This document shows, piece after piece, positions 35,279-43,843 of a stretch of DNA of 64,000 bases. The position numbers and the translations under genes are program-made. The DNA lies in NCBI GenBank assembly GCA_037385645.1, contig JARRMU010000007.1, forward strand, positions 8,040 to 72,039, in the 5' to 3' direction. The notes below the pieces were generated by a model. It did no database searches. It worked only from the letters and a program-made list of their open reading frames with translations, and had not been told where the DNA came from. This DNA is from Gemmatimonadales bacterium. Lineage in GTDB: Bacteria > Gemmatimonadota > Gemmatimonadetes > Palauibacterales > Palauibacteraceae. Every line of letters starts with the position of its first letter. The first letter of the stretch is position 1.

Positions 35279-36088
35279 ATGAGCAGCATGCAAAGATCGT
35301 CGGAGGCCCGTGAAGGGAGCGCCGGGCGATGGGTTTTCGGAGCGGTTCTGGCCTTCATCGTGCTGAGCCTGGCGGCGTACTCGACGTTCACGATATCCGG
35401 CGCGGTGCTCCTGGCCGGCGCGCACGATGAGAGCGGCACGATTCGGGGCCGCGTCAGCCTCTCGGGCGGTGTCCACTTCGCGGGAGAGGCCCCCGCGCCC
35501 GAGCCGATCGACATGGCGGCGGACGACTACTGCCTTTCCGCCCACGAGGGCGCAGCGGTTCTGGATGCGCCCGTGATGACGGACGAGAACGGATTCTTGC
35601 GCGATGCGGTCGTGTACGTGAAGGAGGGGTTGGCAGACGGCGTGCTCCCGGCGCCCGAGGCCGCGGCGCTGCTGGATCAGGAGGGCTGCCTCTACGCCCC
35701 GAAGGCCCTCGCCGTGCGGGCCGGCCAGACGCTCGTGATCCGCAACAGCGACGCGACTCTTCACAACGTGAACGTCACGGCGCGTGAGAACCGCGGCTTC
35801 AACATCGGTCAGCCCATCCAGGGAATCGAGGCAAAGCGCTCGTTCGAAGCCCCGGAGATCGGGATCGAGGTGGCGTGTGACATTCACGGCTGGATGCACG
35901 CCACGATCTCGGTCTTCGACCATCCCTTCTTCGACGTCACCGGGCCGGATGGCGGCTTCACGATCGAGGGTCTGCCTCCCGGCGACTACGTCATCGAAGC
36001 CTGGCACCCGGCACTCGGCGCGGCGGAGACGCCCGTCAGCGTCCCCGCGACGGGAAGCGCGGAGGTCGAGCTGGTCTTCGAGCCCTAG
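35279..36088 (+). CDS. Membrane-anchored cupredoxin-like (type-1 copper, amicyanin/pseudoazurin-type) protein with C-terminal carboxypeptidase-regulatory-like beta-sandwich
   Basis: 269 aa. N-terminal TM anchor. Candidate Cu ligands H(LHNV)...C-D-I-H-G-W-M (Cys-x-x-His-x-x-Met as in amicyanin CTPHPFM). C-terminal GGFTIEGLPPGDYVIEAWHP. Confidence 0.5.
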   Translation: MSSMQRSSEAREGSAGRWVFGAVLAFIVLSLAAYSTFTISGAVLLAGAHDESGTIRGRVSLSGGVHFAGEAPAPEPIDMAADDYCLSAHEGAAVLDAPVMTDENGFLRDAVVYVKEGLADGVLPAPEAAALLDQEGCLYAPKALAVRAGQTLVIRNSDATLHNVNVTARENRGFNIGQPIQGIEAKRSFEAPEIGIEVACDIHGWMHATISVFDHPFFDVTGPDGGFTIEGLPPGDYVIEAWHPALGAAETPVSVPATGSAEVELVFEP

Positions 36089-36111
36089 TCGCCCGGGCGG
36101 GCGATCCATCG

Positions 36112-37314
36112 TCAGGCGGATCGCACCTCTGCCCACCATTCGCGCGGTTTCCAGCGCTCGCCGAACCCCAGCTTCTTGTCGACCCACAGCATCAAGCGGC
36201 GGAGGGGGGTGCCGGCGAGGGTGCGTCCCAGGCGCGCCCACCAACGGGAGAAGTCCTTGTTGTAGGGGCAGACGCGGAGGCAGATGGCGCAGTCGCTATT
36301 CTGCTTCACCCAGTAGTCGAAGCAGCGCTCCCCGTCGATCGACCACTTCCGCACGCCGCGCAGGTTGGACTCGTTGAAGCCCTCCGTCGTCGGCTCGCCG
36401 TCGGAGATCGCCTTGACCGGGCAGGCGTCGCTACAGCGGCGGCACACGTCGCAGAATTCCTTGACCCCGAACCGGATGGGCGCGTCCAATGCGAGCGGAA
36501 GGTCGGTGAAGACTTTCCCCAATCGCACCCGCGGGCCGAACTCTTTCGTGATCAGGAGCCCGAGCCGGCTGTACTCTCCGAGTCCCGCTTTGATGGCATA
36601 CGGGATGGCCAGCGAAGAGTCGTTCATGCTAGCGACCGCGTTGTAGCCGAGGTTCCGGATGTACTGAGCCGTCGAGAGGACGACGAGTGCATCGTGTGAG
36701 TAGCCGAGACCCGTCGCCGCGCCGCTGAGCGCCGAGGGTACGGTCCTGATCCAGTCGTAGTCCATCTGCTGCGCCGTGACGACCACCCAATCCAGGCCGG
36801 TGGGGATGTCGTTGGGCCGCTCCGTTAGAGAGATGTCGCTGAACTTCGAGGCGTACATCCAGCGCTCATCGTACTCCGTGATGCCGACGAGGCTGGCGCC
36901 AAACGCTTTCGCGACCCGTTTGATTTCCCGCGCAGCTGCCTCGGGCGACTCGAACTCGCTCCTCTCGCTGGCGATATCGCGCTGGAGCGTAAAGGCGTCC
37001 GTGAACCCCTCGCGCCGATCCTCGGACTCCTTGAGCTCGGTGAAGATGTCGCTCACGTGCCAGGCGGCGTTTCGGAGAGCGTAGTCCTTCTGGGTGAACC
37101 CGTCCGCCTTCCGCCAGCTCTCCAGCGCCTCCCGGTAGGTCTTGTAGAAGAGAGCGGATTTGTCGCTCTTGATGCGCTCGTCCCACCAGGAGCGCCGGAA
37201 GACGTCGTACTTTTGATGGAAGCGCTCGAAGTCCGAGGTGATCTCGAAGCCGGCCCGCCGGTCGGAGGTAGCATGGTCGCGACCGACGTCGAGGCCGGCC
37301 CGCTCGTCACTCAA
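36112..37314 (-). CDS. Reductive dehalogenase (RdhA)/QueG superfamily Fe-S protein, cytoplasmic (no TAT signal)
   Basis: 400 aa. Two ferredoxin-type motifs at the C-terminus: CDVCRRCSDACP (CxxCxxCxxxCP) and C-x11-CAICLRVCP, preceded by the RKWSIDGERCFDYW block typical of RdhA-family proteins. Confidence 0.6.
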   Translation of the reverse strand: MSDERAGLDVGRDHATSDRRAGFEITSDFERFHQKYDVFRRSWWDERIKSDKSALFYKTYREALESWRKADGFTQKDYALRNAAWHVSDIFTELKESEDRREGFTDAFTLQRDIASERSEFESPEAAAREIKRVAKAFGASLVGITEYDERWMYASKFSDISLTERPNDIPTGLDWVVVTAQQMDYDWIRTVPSALSGAATGLGYSHDALVVLSTAQYIRNLGYNAVASMNDSSLAIPYAIKAGLGEYSRLGLLITKEFGPRVRLGKVFTDLPLALDAPIRFGVKEFCDVCRRCSDACPVKAISDGEPTTEGFNESNLRGVRKWSIDGERCFDYWVKQNSDCAICLRVCPYNKDFSRWWARLGRTLAGTPLRRLMLWVDKKLGFGERWKPREWWAEVRSA

Positions 37315-37320
37315 CGACCG

Positions 37321-37539
37321 TCACCCGGCGCTCGCCTGGGACCGGACCACCAGACGGTCGAACAGCCTTCGGGAGGCTTCCGCGATCTCCGCCACCGCCG
37401 TGTCGAACGCGTCGCGGTTAGCCTTGGACGGCTCACGGTATCCGCTGATCTTGCGGACGAACTGGAGCGCAGCATCCCGCAGCTCGTCTTCGGTCGGCAG
37501 ACCCGTCGGTTGCCTGAGCTTTCTTATGTTTCTGCACAT
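37321..37539 (-). CDS. Small conserved hypothetical protein (DUF2277-like, MCRNI... start)
   Basis: 72 aa beginning MCRNIRKLRQP. 6 nt downstream of the RdhA-like gene on the same strand. Confidence 0.45.
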   Translation of the reverse strand: MCRNIRKLRQPTGLPTEDELRDAALQFVRKISGYREPSKANRDAFDTAVAEIAEASRRLFDRLVVRSQASAG

Positions 37540-37668
37540 GGCTCACGTTCTCTCCGTTCGCGGGCGCCGATGGAACAGATAAGGACGTCGACTCCCTGGT
37601 GAATGGCGGATTTTTCCACTCGAGGGCCCACCTTCTCCAGAGGTAGAGGCGGTCGGTTTCCAGCATCA

Positions 37669-38499
37669 TCAGCCGTCGACGTCGGTCCGCTTCTGTACGG
37701 TCTCGCCGATGCGGGCCACGACGCGGTCGACGCGGCGGCCGGCCTCGACGATCATCTCCCAGTTCAGCGGCACGATCGGCTGCGCGTGCGCCAGGTTGTT
37801 GCGAAGGGAGCCCAGCTGCTTGATCCATCGCTCGCCATCCCGGCGCGAGGAGAAATCGAACTCCTCGAGCCATTCTTCGTCTCGGATGAGGAGCTGCATC
37901 TTGTCGCCCACCTGCAGGCAGTCCACGAGCCGCACGGGCTGCTGTCGCCGCATACGTTCCGCGAACAACTCCCGCGCTTTCCGCACTCGACCGCTGGAGA
38001 CCAGTTCGGTCCACGAGTCGTCCGGGTAGAGCGACTCGATCGTCTCGGTCAGGAATATCTCGACAATGGTGATCATCCCGAACAGCCACATCCTGGCAGG
38101 CGGCTTCTCGAAGTGCATGCGAACCACGAAGGCGTCGATCTGGCCGAGAACCGACACGAAACAGTACTCGCGGTCATCGCTCAGGCGCTCCACGACCTCG
38201 GGAAGGGATGCATGATGCGGGACGACGCGGGCGGGTTCGACGTCTCGCGCGTGATCCGCGCACGTTCCCCCCGATTGAAGGTCGCTCGCGCGTACGTAGC
38301 CGGACACGCGGCCTTCTCGACGCACTCCTCCGACGGGATCGCGCGAGCCTTCCAGCGCTTCCAGCGCCGTCGCGGCAGCCGCCGTGGCGTCGAAGGAAAG
38401 CAGAGGCTCGGCGATGTCGAGGACCGTAAAACCCTCGGTGAAGAGTCTCTTCATGCGAAGCTGCAGAGCTTCGCGGTCCATGGGGTCGCGGGAGATCAT
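37669..38499 (-). CDS. CBS-pair domain protein with C-terminal alpha-helical domain carrying an R-N-x3-H (HEPN-like) motif
   Basis: 276 aa. Two CBS-like repeats (VLDIAEPLLSFDAT...GYVRASDL; ARVVPHHASLPEVVERL...FVSVLGQID). C-terminal LGSLRNNLAHAQPI = Rx4H. Confidence 0.5.
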   Translation of the reverse strand: MISRDPMDREALQLRMKRLFTEGFTVLDIAEPLLSFDATAAAATALEALEGSRDPVGGVRREGRVSGYVRASDLQSGGTCADHARDVEPARVVPHHASLPEVVERLSDDREYCFVSVLGQIDAFVVRMHFEKPPARMWLFGMITIVEIFLTETIESLYPDDSWTELVSSGRVRKARELFAERMRRQQPVRLVDCLQVGDKMQLLIRDEEWLEEFDFSSRRDGERWIKQLGSLRNNLAHAQPIVPLNWEMIVEAGRRVDRVVARIGETVQKRTDVDG

Positions 38500-38533
38500 T
38501 CGCCGGCGATCTGCGGGAAGCCGCGCCGCGAGC

Positions 38534-39562
38534 TCACCAGATCTTCCATGCCGGAATCCGGTGTGGCACGAACGAGAACCGTGGCCCGGCCGTGTCCACC
38601 ACGACGCGCACCCAACCCACTTCCGGCGATCCCATGACCTGCATCCGCGTGAAGTTCTCGAGGAGTCGGCCCGTACGCCGGTCGACCAGCGGGGAATCGA
38701 CGGTGTAATGGTGGCTGTCGCCGTGGACGAGGAGGACAGGCCCGTCGAAGGTCGCCACCTCTTCCTCCAGGGCTCTCAGAAACGGTTCGAACGCTCGCCG
38801 ATACTCGTCGGCCGGGTCTTCGAACACGAGGTCCGCGTGTTCTATGAGGACGATCGCGCCTGCCGCCGTGGCGCGCGCGTCCTCGAAGGTGTCGCGAAGC
38901 CACGCGGTGGCCGCCTCGGTCCGGCGGAGCGCCTCTCGGTCGTTGGCGTCGGCGCGGCCTGGAAAGCCCTCCATGCCGTTTCTGCTTCCCACGAGATGCA
39001 GGGTGGCGAAGACGATGCCGCCTCTCGTCCAGCGTTGGTGCTCCACGAACTCCGACCACACGGAGTCCGAAGCCTGGGAGACGACCTCCATCGGTGAGCC
39101 CCCGAGGCTCTGGCCCGGACTCGGAAAGTAGAGGTCGCGCAGCCTTCCAAGACGTTCGAGCGGCTCGAACCCGCCCTCGCGCCGTCCCCAGCAGTCCGTC
39201 CATTCGTTGTCACCGGGTGTGTAGACGACGGGGTGCCTGATCCGCTGCATCGCCTCGAGGCGCTCGAGCATCCTCTCGTCCGAGCAGGGCTTCCAGAACA
39301 GGTCGCCCACGTGGATCACCCAGTCGAGCGAATCCGCGTTCAGCGCCGCGACGAGATGCTCGTAGCGGCGGGCCTCGTGCCAGTAGTAGGGAGCATCCCC
39401 CATCACCGCGAACGTAAGGTCACCGCTGACCGGCTCCGACCCGGCCGAGCCTCCGCAGGCCAAGGCGCCGAGCAGGGCGACGACGACGCCCGGCCGCCGC
39501 GCCACTCGATTACCCGGTCGTGCTGCCCGTATCTCAGCGATTGAGCCGGCGGGGGCCCTCAA
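38534..39562 (-). CDS. Calcineurin-like metallophosphoesterase, lipoprotein
   Basis: 342 aa. Signal plus lipobox (LLGALACGGS). Phosphoesterase motifs GDAPYY, GDLFWK, GDNEW, LVHGDSHH. Confidence 0.8.
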   Translation of the reverse strand: MRAPAGSIAEIRAARPGNRVARRPGVVVALLGALACGGSAGSEPVSGDLTFAVMGDAPYYWHEARRYEHLVAALNADSLDWVIHVGDLFWKPCSDERMLERLEAMQRIRHPVVYTPGDNEWTDCWGRREGGFEPLERLGRLRDLYFPSPGQSLGGSPMEVVSQASDSVWSEFVEHQRWTRGGIVFATLHLVGSRNGMEGFPGRADANDREALRRTEAATAWLRDTFEDARATAAGAIVLIEHADLVFEDPADEYRRAFEPFLRALEEEVATFDGPVLLVHGDSHHYTVDSPLVDRRTGRLLENFTRMQVMGSPEVGWVRVVVDTAGPRFSFVPHRIPAWKIW

Positions 39563-39564
39563 CG

Positions 39565-42500
39565 CTACTCGGGGACGATGATCGCAGGCGCGCCGGACGC
39601 GGCCAGCGCCGCGTTGAACGCCGCCACCTCCCCGTCGAGCACCTCCCGAAGCTCCGAGAGGACGACCTGCAGTTCCTGGCTCAGGTCGTCGAAACGCTCG
39701 TACGCGCCGTCCGTCGGAGGAGCGTCGGCGCTTCCTACGACGCCGTAGAGGTACACGAGCTGCGCGTCCAGTCTGGGCGGGAAGTTGAGCGGATCCTGGC
39801 GGCTCTCGTTCTTCGTCTGCATGAGCTGTTCCTCGACCGCCGTCAGCCTCGAAGCGATCGAGTCCGCCTGAGCTTCGAATCCGTCTCCGAACCCCGCCTC
39901 CTCGGCGAGCTTCGCCTGCGCCTTCACCTGCTCGCGGACCGACCGGAGCGTGCGGATGGCGTCGTGAGCTTCCTGGATGCGATCGCGTACCCTTGTCATG
40001 AGCTCGTACTGCGCCTCACGCTCGGCGGCCGTCAGGGTGACCCGAGGGTCGGGCAGGAGCTCGAACCCGCGCGTCTGGCTCCAGTCTCCTATCGTGAGCC
40101 GCACCTGGTAGCGTCCGGGGGCGACCATGGGTCCGAAGGTCGGGCCGAAGTAGACGGCGTCCTCGACGATCTCCGGAGCCTCGTGGCGGAGATTCCAGTT
40201 CGCCCGGTTCAGCCCGGCCCGGACCGAGATCGAATCGCCCTTGGCGCTACGTTCGAACGGCTCGTCCGAGCTCGCCGCCTCGCCGGCATCCTCCGCGGCG
40301 CTCTCGCTTTTCGCGCCCGTTCCCTCGGCCATGTCCTTCTTCGGCTCCCAGGTGTAGGTCCGGATCGGTTCTCCCGATTCATCGAGGATCTGGAGGGCGA
40401 CCTGTTCCGTCGGAGCCTCCGCCAGGTAGAAGTGAAAGAGCGCTCCACCCGGCACCGTGTCGGGCGAGAACCCGAAGTTGTCGTTGTAGCCGAACCGGGC
40501 TCGATAGGCGTTCGCCGGCTCGTAGAGGTAGGCGTCGGATCGAGCTACCTCCTCCGTCAGCTGTCGCAGCGGAGAGAGGTCGTCCAGGATCCAGAACGAG
40601 CGCCCCTGGGTGGCGACCACGAGGTCGCCGTGGTGGACCTGAAGGTCGGTGATCGGCGTCACCGGCAAGTTGAGCTGAAGAGGCTGCCACCGTGCTCCAT
40701 CGTCAAAGGAGATGTACATCCCGTACTCGGTACCGGCGAACAGGAGGCCCTGGCGCTCCGGATCCTCTCGGATGGCACGGACGAAATGGCGCGCGCCGAT
40801 GCCGTTGTCGCGGGTCAGGAGGCTCCAGGAGGCGCCGTAATCGTTCGTCCGGAAGATGTAGGGTGTGAAGTCGTCCTCACGGTACCTGTACACGGCGATG
40901 AAGGCGCGTCCGGGAGCATGCGGCGACAGCTCGATGGCGTTCACGGTCCCGCCCTCCGGCATCGCGGAGGGCGTGATATCCGTCCACGTCGCCCCGTCGT
41001 CGCGCGAGATATGCACCCGGCCGTCGTCGGAGCCCACCCAGAGCACGCCCCGCTCATAGGGTGAGTCCTCGAAGGCGAAGATCGTCCCGTAGACCTCCAC
41101 TCCCGTGTTGTCCATCGTGATCGGCTTGCCGGCATACTCTTGCTTCGTGACGTCGTCTTTCGTCAGGTCGGGGCTGATCGTCTCCCAGCTCTGCCCGCCG
41201 TTCGTCGAGCGGTGCACATACTGGGAGGTGTGGTAGAGGACATCCGGGTCCCAGGGGGAGATTCGGATCGGGGCGTTCCACTGGAACCGGTACCGCAAGT
41301 TCTTGGCGGCCTCGCCGATCGCGAGCTGCGGATAGGAGAGGACGTTGCGGTTGGTTCGGTTCCCGTAGTCCCGCCGGGTGATCGACCCGCCGTACGACCC
41401 GGCATACGTGACGTCCGGGTTTCTGGGATCGATCGCGATGTGGCCGCTCTCGCCGCCACCCACGGACCGCCAGTTCTCGTACGGGGTCAGGCCGCCGATT
41501 CCGCGGCTGGGAAGCGAGATCGTGCTGTTGTCCTGCTGAGATCCGTACACCCGGTAGGGAAACTGGTCATCCACGAAGAGCCGGTACATCTCGGCCGTGG
41601 GCTGATTGTACATCGTGGACCAGGATTCCCCGCCGTTGTGACTCACCTGGGCGCCGCCGTCGTCGCCGATGATGAGCGTTCGAGGGTTCGTCGGGTTGAT
41701 CCACAGATCGTGCGTGTCACCGTGAAGCACCTGGATCGGCTCGAACGTCTTCCCGCCATCGATCGATTTCCAGAAGCGCACATTGAGCACGTAGACGGTG
41801 TTCTCGTCCCCCGGGTCCGCGTAGACATGCGTGTAGTACCAGGCCCGCTGCCGGAGCTTGCGTTCCTTGTTGACCTGTTTCCAACTGTCCCCGCCGTCGT
41901 CGGACCGGTAGAGGCCGCCCTTTTCCCGGGGTGCCTCTATCAGGGCCCAGACCCGGTCGGGATCGGCCGCGGATACGCTGACGGCCGTCCGCCCGACGAG
42001 GCCATTCGGCAGTCCCTTTTCCAGCTGCTCCCAGGAGTCGCCGCCGTCCTTGGTGCGCCAGATGCCACCCTCGAAAGCCCCGCTGATCATCGTCCACGGC
42101 TTCCGCTCTGCCCGCCACATCCCGGCGAAGATGATCCGAGGATTGTCCGGCCGCATGGCGAGGTCGACGGCGCCCGTGGAATCGCTGATGAACAGGACGT
42201 TCTCCCAGCTGGCGCCGCCGTCACGGGTTCTGAACACGCCCCGCTCCGGATTCGGCCCGAACGGATGGCCCAGAGCCGCGACAAAGGCCACGTCCGGGTC
42301 GCGCGGATCGACGATGATTCGTCCGATCTGCCCGGCCTCGGACAAGCCCGCGTGGCTCCACGTCGTCCCGCCGTCGAGAGAGCGATAGACGCCGTCGCCC
42401 ATCGAGGTGTTGCCGCGGAGGCAGGCCGAGCCCATCCCGGCCCAGATGACGCTCGGGTCCGAATCGGCGATATCGATCGCGCCGACGGATGCGGATTCGA

Positions 42501-42825
42501 GGTACTTGTCCGCGACGTTGTTCCAGCTGCCGCCGGCGTCCTCCGTCTTCCAGATCCCGCCGCCGGTGCTTCCCATGAAGTAGACGAGCGGATTCTCGGC
42601 GATCCCGGCCACGGCGGTCACCCGGCCGCCGCGGTGCGGCCCGATCATGCGGTAGCGCATGCCGTCGAAGAGGGTGGAGTCGAAAGCCGCGTCGGCCGGA
42701 GCCTGGGCTCCAAGCGCCGAAGCAAGCCACAACTGCACGACGAGGAGGATGGCGAGAAACGTGACTGCGACGGTCACAAGCCGTAGCGTGCGAATCTGCG
42801 GTGACTCGAGTCGCACCGGAACCAT
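39565..42825 (-). CDS. BNR/Asp-box repeat (sortilin-Vps10 / glycoside-hydrolase-like) giant exported protein
   Basis: >10 S/T-x-D-x-G-x-(T/S)-W repeats (TEDAGGSWNNV, SLDGGTTWSHA, TRDGGASWENV, TKDGGDSWEQL ...). Start placed at ATG 42825 (MVPVRL..., followed by a TM/signal) so that it does not overlap the convergent cytochrome gene; the track start 43083 is probably too far upstream. Confidence 0.75.
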   Translation of the reverse strand: MVPVRLESPQIRTLRLVTVAVTFLAILLVVQLWLASALGAQAPADAAFDSTLFDGMRYRMIGPHRGGRVTAVAGIAENPLVYFMGSTGGGIWKTEDAGGSWNNVADKYLESASVGAIDIADSDPSVIWAGMGSACLRGNTSMGDGVYRSLDGGTTWSHAGLSEAGQIGRIIVDPRDPDVAFVAALGHPFGPNPERGVFRTRDGGASWENVLFISDSTGAVDLAMRPDNPRIIFAGMWRAERKPWTMISGAFEGGIWRTKDGGDSWEQLEKGLPNGLVGRTAVSVSAADPDRVWALIEAPREKGGLYRSDDGGDSWKQVNKERKLRQRAWYYTHVYADPGDENTVYVLNVRFWKSIDGGKTFEPIQVLHGDTHDLWINPTNPRTLIIGDDGGAQVSHNGGESWSTMYNQPTAEMYRLFVDDQFPYRVYGSQQDNSTISLPSRGIGGLTPYENWRSVGGGESGHIAIDPRNPDVTYAGSYGGSITRRDYGNRTNRNVLSYPQLAIGEAAKNLRYRFQWNAPIRISPWDPDVLYHTSQYVHRSTNGGQSWETISPDLTKDDVTKQEYAGKPITMDNTGVEVYGTIFAFEDSPYERGVLWVGSDDGRVHISRDDGATWTDITPSAMPEGGTVNAIELSPHAPGRAFIAVYRYREDDFTPYIFRTNDYGASWSLLTRDNGIGARHFVRAIREDPERQGLLFAGTEYGMYISFDDGARWQPLQLNLPVTPITDLQVHHGDLVVATQGRSFWILDDLSPLRQLTEEVARSDAYLYEPANAYRARFGYNDNFGFSPDTVPGGALFHFYLAEAPTEQVALQILDESGEPIRTYTWEPKKDMAEGTGAKSESAAEDAGEAASSDEPFERSAKGDSISVRAGLNRANWNLRHEAPEIVEDAVYFGPTFGPMVAPGRYQVRLTIGDWSQTRGFELLPDPRVTLTAAEREAQYELMTRVRDRIQEAHDAIRTLRSVREQVKAQAKLAEEAGFGDGFEAQADSIASRLTAVEEQLMQTKNESRQDPLNFPPRLDAQLVYLYGVVGSADAPPTDGAYERFDDLSQELQVVLSELREVLDGEVAAFNAALAASGAPAIIVPE

Positions 42826-42976
42826 GACGACGCTCCTGCGTTCCTGTGTCAGCGGATAGGGTCGATCGAAGGCTACTGCGCATCTTCGGCCCCCTATCGC
42901 GTCTACGCCACCCCCGGACAGCAAGAGGAGGAGCCAGGTGAGGATACCGAAGCCGCTCTGCCGATGCCTGCGCACG

Positions 42977-43756
42977 ATGGGGCGAATCGATCGCCGGAGT
43001 CTGGTCGCTGCCTCTGGCCTGTTCCTGCTCGGCGCCGGGCTGCCGCGGTCCGGGTCGGCCCAGATTCCCGAGGAGTTCCACAATCTTCAGGTGCTCCCCG
43101 AGGAGATCGAGCAGCGTCAGCTGGTCGACGTCATGCGGGGCTTCGCCTTGGGCCTCGGCGTTCGGTGCTGGTATTGCCATGTCGGCGAAGAGGGGAAGCC
43201 TTTCTCCGAGTTCGACTTCGAGTCGGATGAGAAGACGACGAAGAAAAAAGCCCGCTTCATGCTGGAGATGACCCGGTACCTTAACGACGAGCGCCTGCCT
43301 GGCTTGAGCGAGATCGGCGAGCGCGCCGATCCGGCCGTTCGAGTCAACTGCTATACCTGCCACCGCGGCCGGCCGGTGCCACGTAGCCTGGAGGAGGAGC
43401 TCGGTCACGTGATCGCCGAGGAGGGCGTCGACGCCGGGGCCGCTCGCTACCGGGAGCTGAGGGATGAGTTCTATGGTCGGGGGGCGTTCAACTTCGGCGA
43501 GTTCACCCTGCTCAACGTCGCCGAGAGTCTGAGTAACGAGGGCCGCTCGCAAGACGCCATCGAGATCGTCGAGCTCAACCTCGAGTTCTTCCCCAAGTCC
43601 GGCTTCTCCTACTTCGCGCTCGGCGAAGGTTACCGGATGGTGGGAGATACGGCGGGGGCTATCACCGCCTACCAGGAGGCCCAGGAGCTGGTCCCCGGCA
43701 ACCCGATGATCGGGCGCCGGCTCCGGGAGCTTCAGGCCGCCGTCCAGGGCTCCTGA
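42977..43756 (+). CDS. Di-heme c-type cytochrome with TAT-like signal and C-terminal TPR-like region
   Basis: Start at MGRIDRRSLVAASGLFLLGAG (twin-Arg). Two heme motifs: CWYCH and CYTCH. Confidence 0.7.
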   Translation: MGRIDRRSLVAASGLFLLGAGLPRSGSAQIPEEFHNLQVLPEEIEQRQLVDVMRGFALGLGVRCWYCHVGEEGKPFSEFDFESDEKTTKKKARFMLEMTRYLNDERLPGLSEIGERADPAVRVNCYTCHRGRPVPRSLEEELGHVIAEEGVDAGAARYRELRDEFYGRGAFNFGEFTLLNVAESLSNEGRSQDAIEIVELNLEFFPKSGFSYFALGEGYRMVGDTAGAITAYQEAQELVPGNPMIGRRLRELQAAVQGS

Positions 43757-43843
43757 GGCTAACGACAGGAGCTTCAGACCGGATCGGCAGGCAGGCGGCC
43801 TCGAGGTCGGGGGGCACCCAGCCCGTGCGGGGCCGGGTCGGGC

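Noticed and set aside
34763-36244. 493-aa minus-strand ORF
   Set aside because: Antisense to the cytochrome-barrel and cupredoxin genes.
39520-42786. 514- and 548-aa plus-strand ORFs
   Set aside because: Antisense to the BNR-repeat giant protein.
42826-43083. N-terminal 86 codons of track ORF 39565..43083
   Set aside because: Low-complexity and would overlap the convergent cytochrome gene. Internal ATG 42825 followed by a TM/signal is the more plausible start.
42221-43552. 443-aa minus-strand ORF
   Set aside because: Overlaps and is antisense to the di-heme cytochrome gene, and overlaps the 5' junk of the BNR ORF. No motifs.
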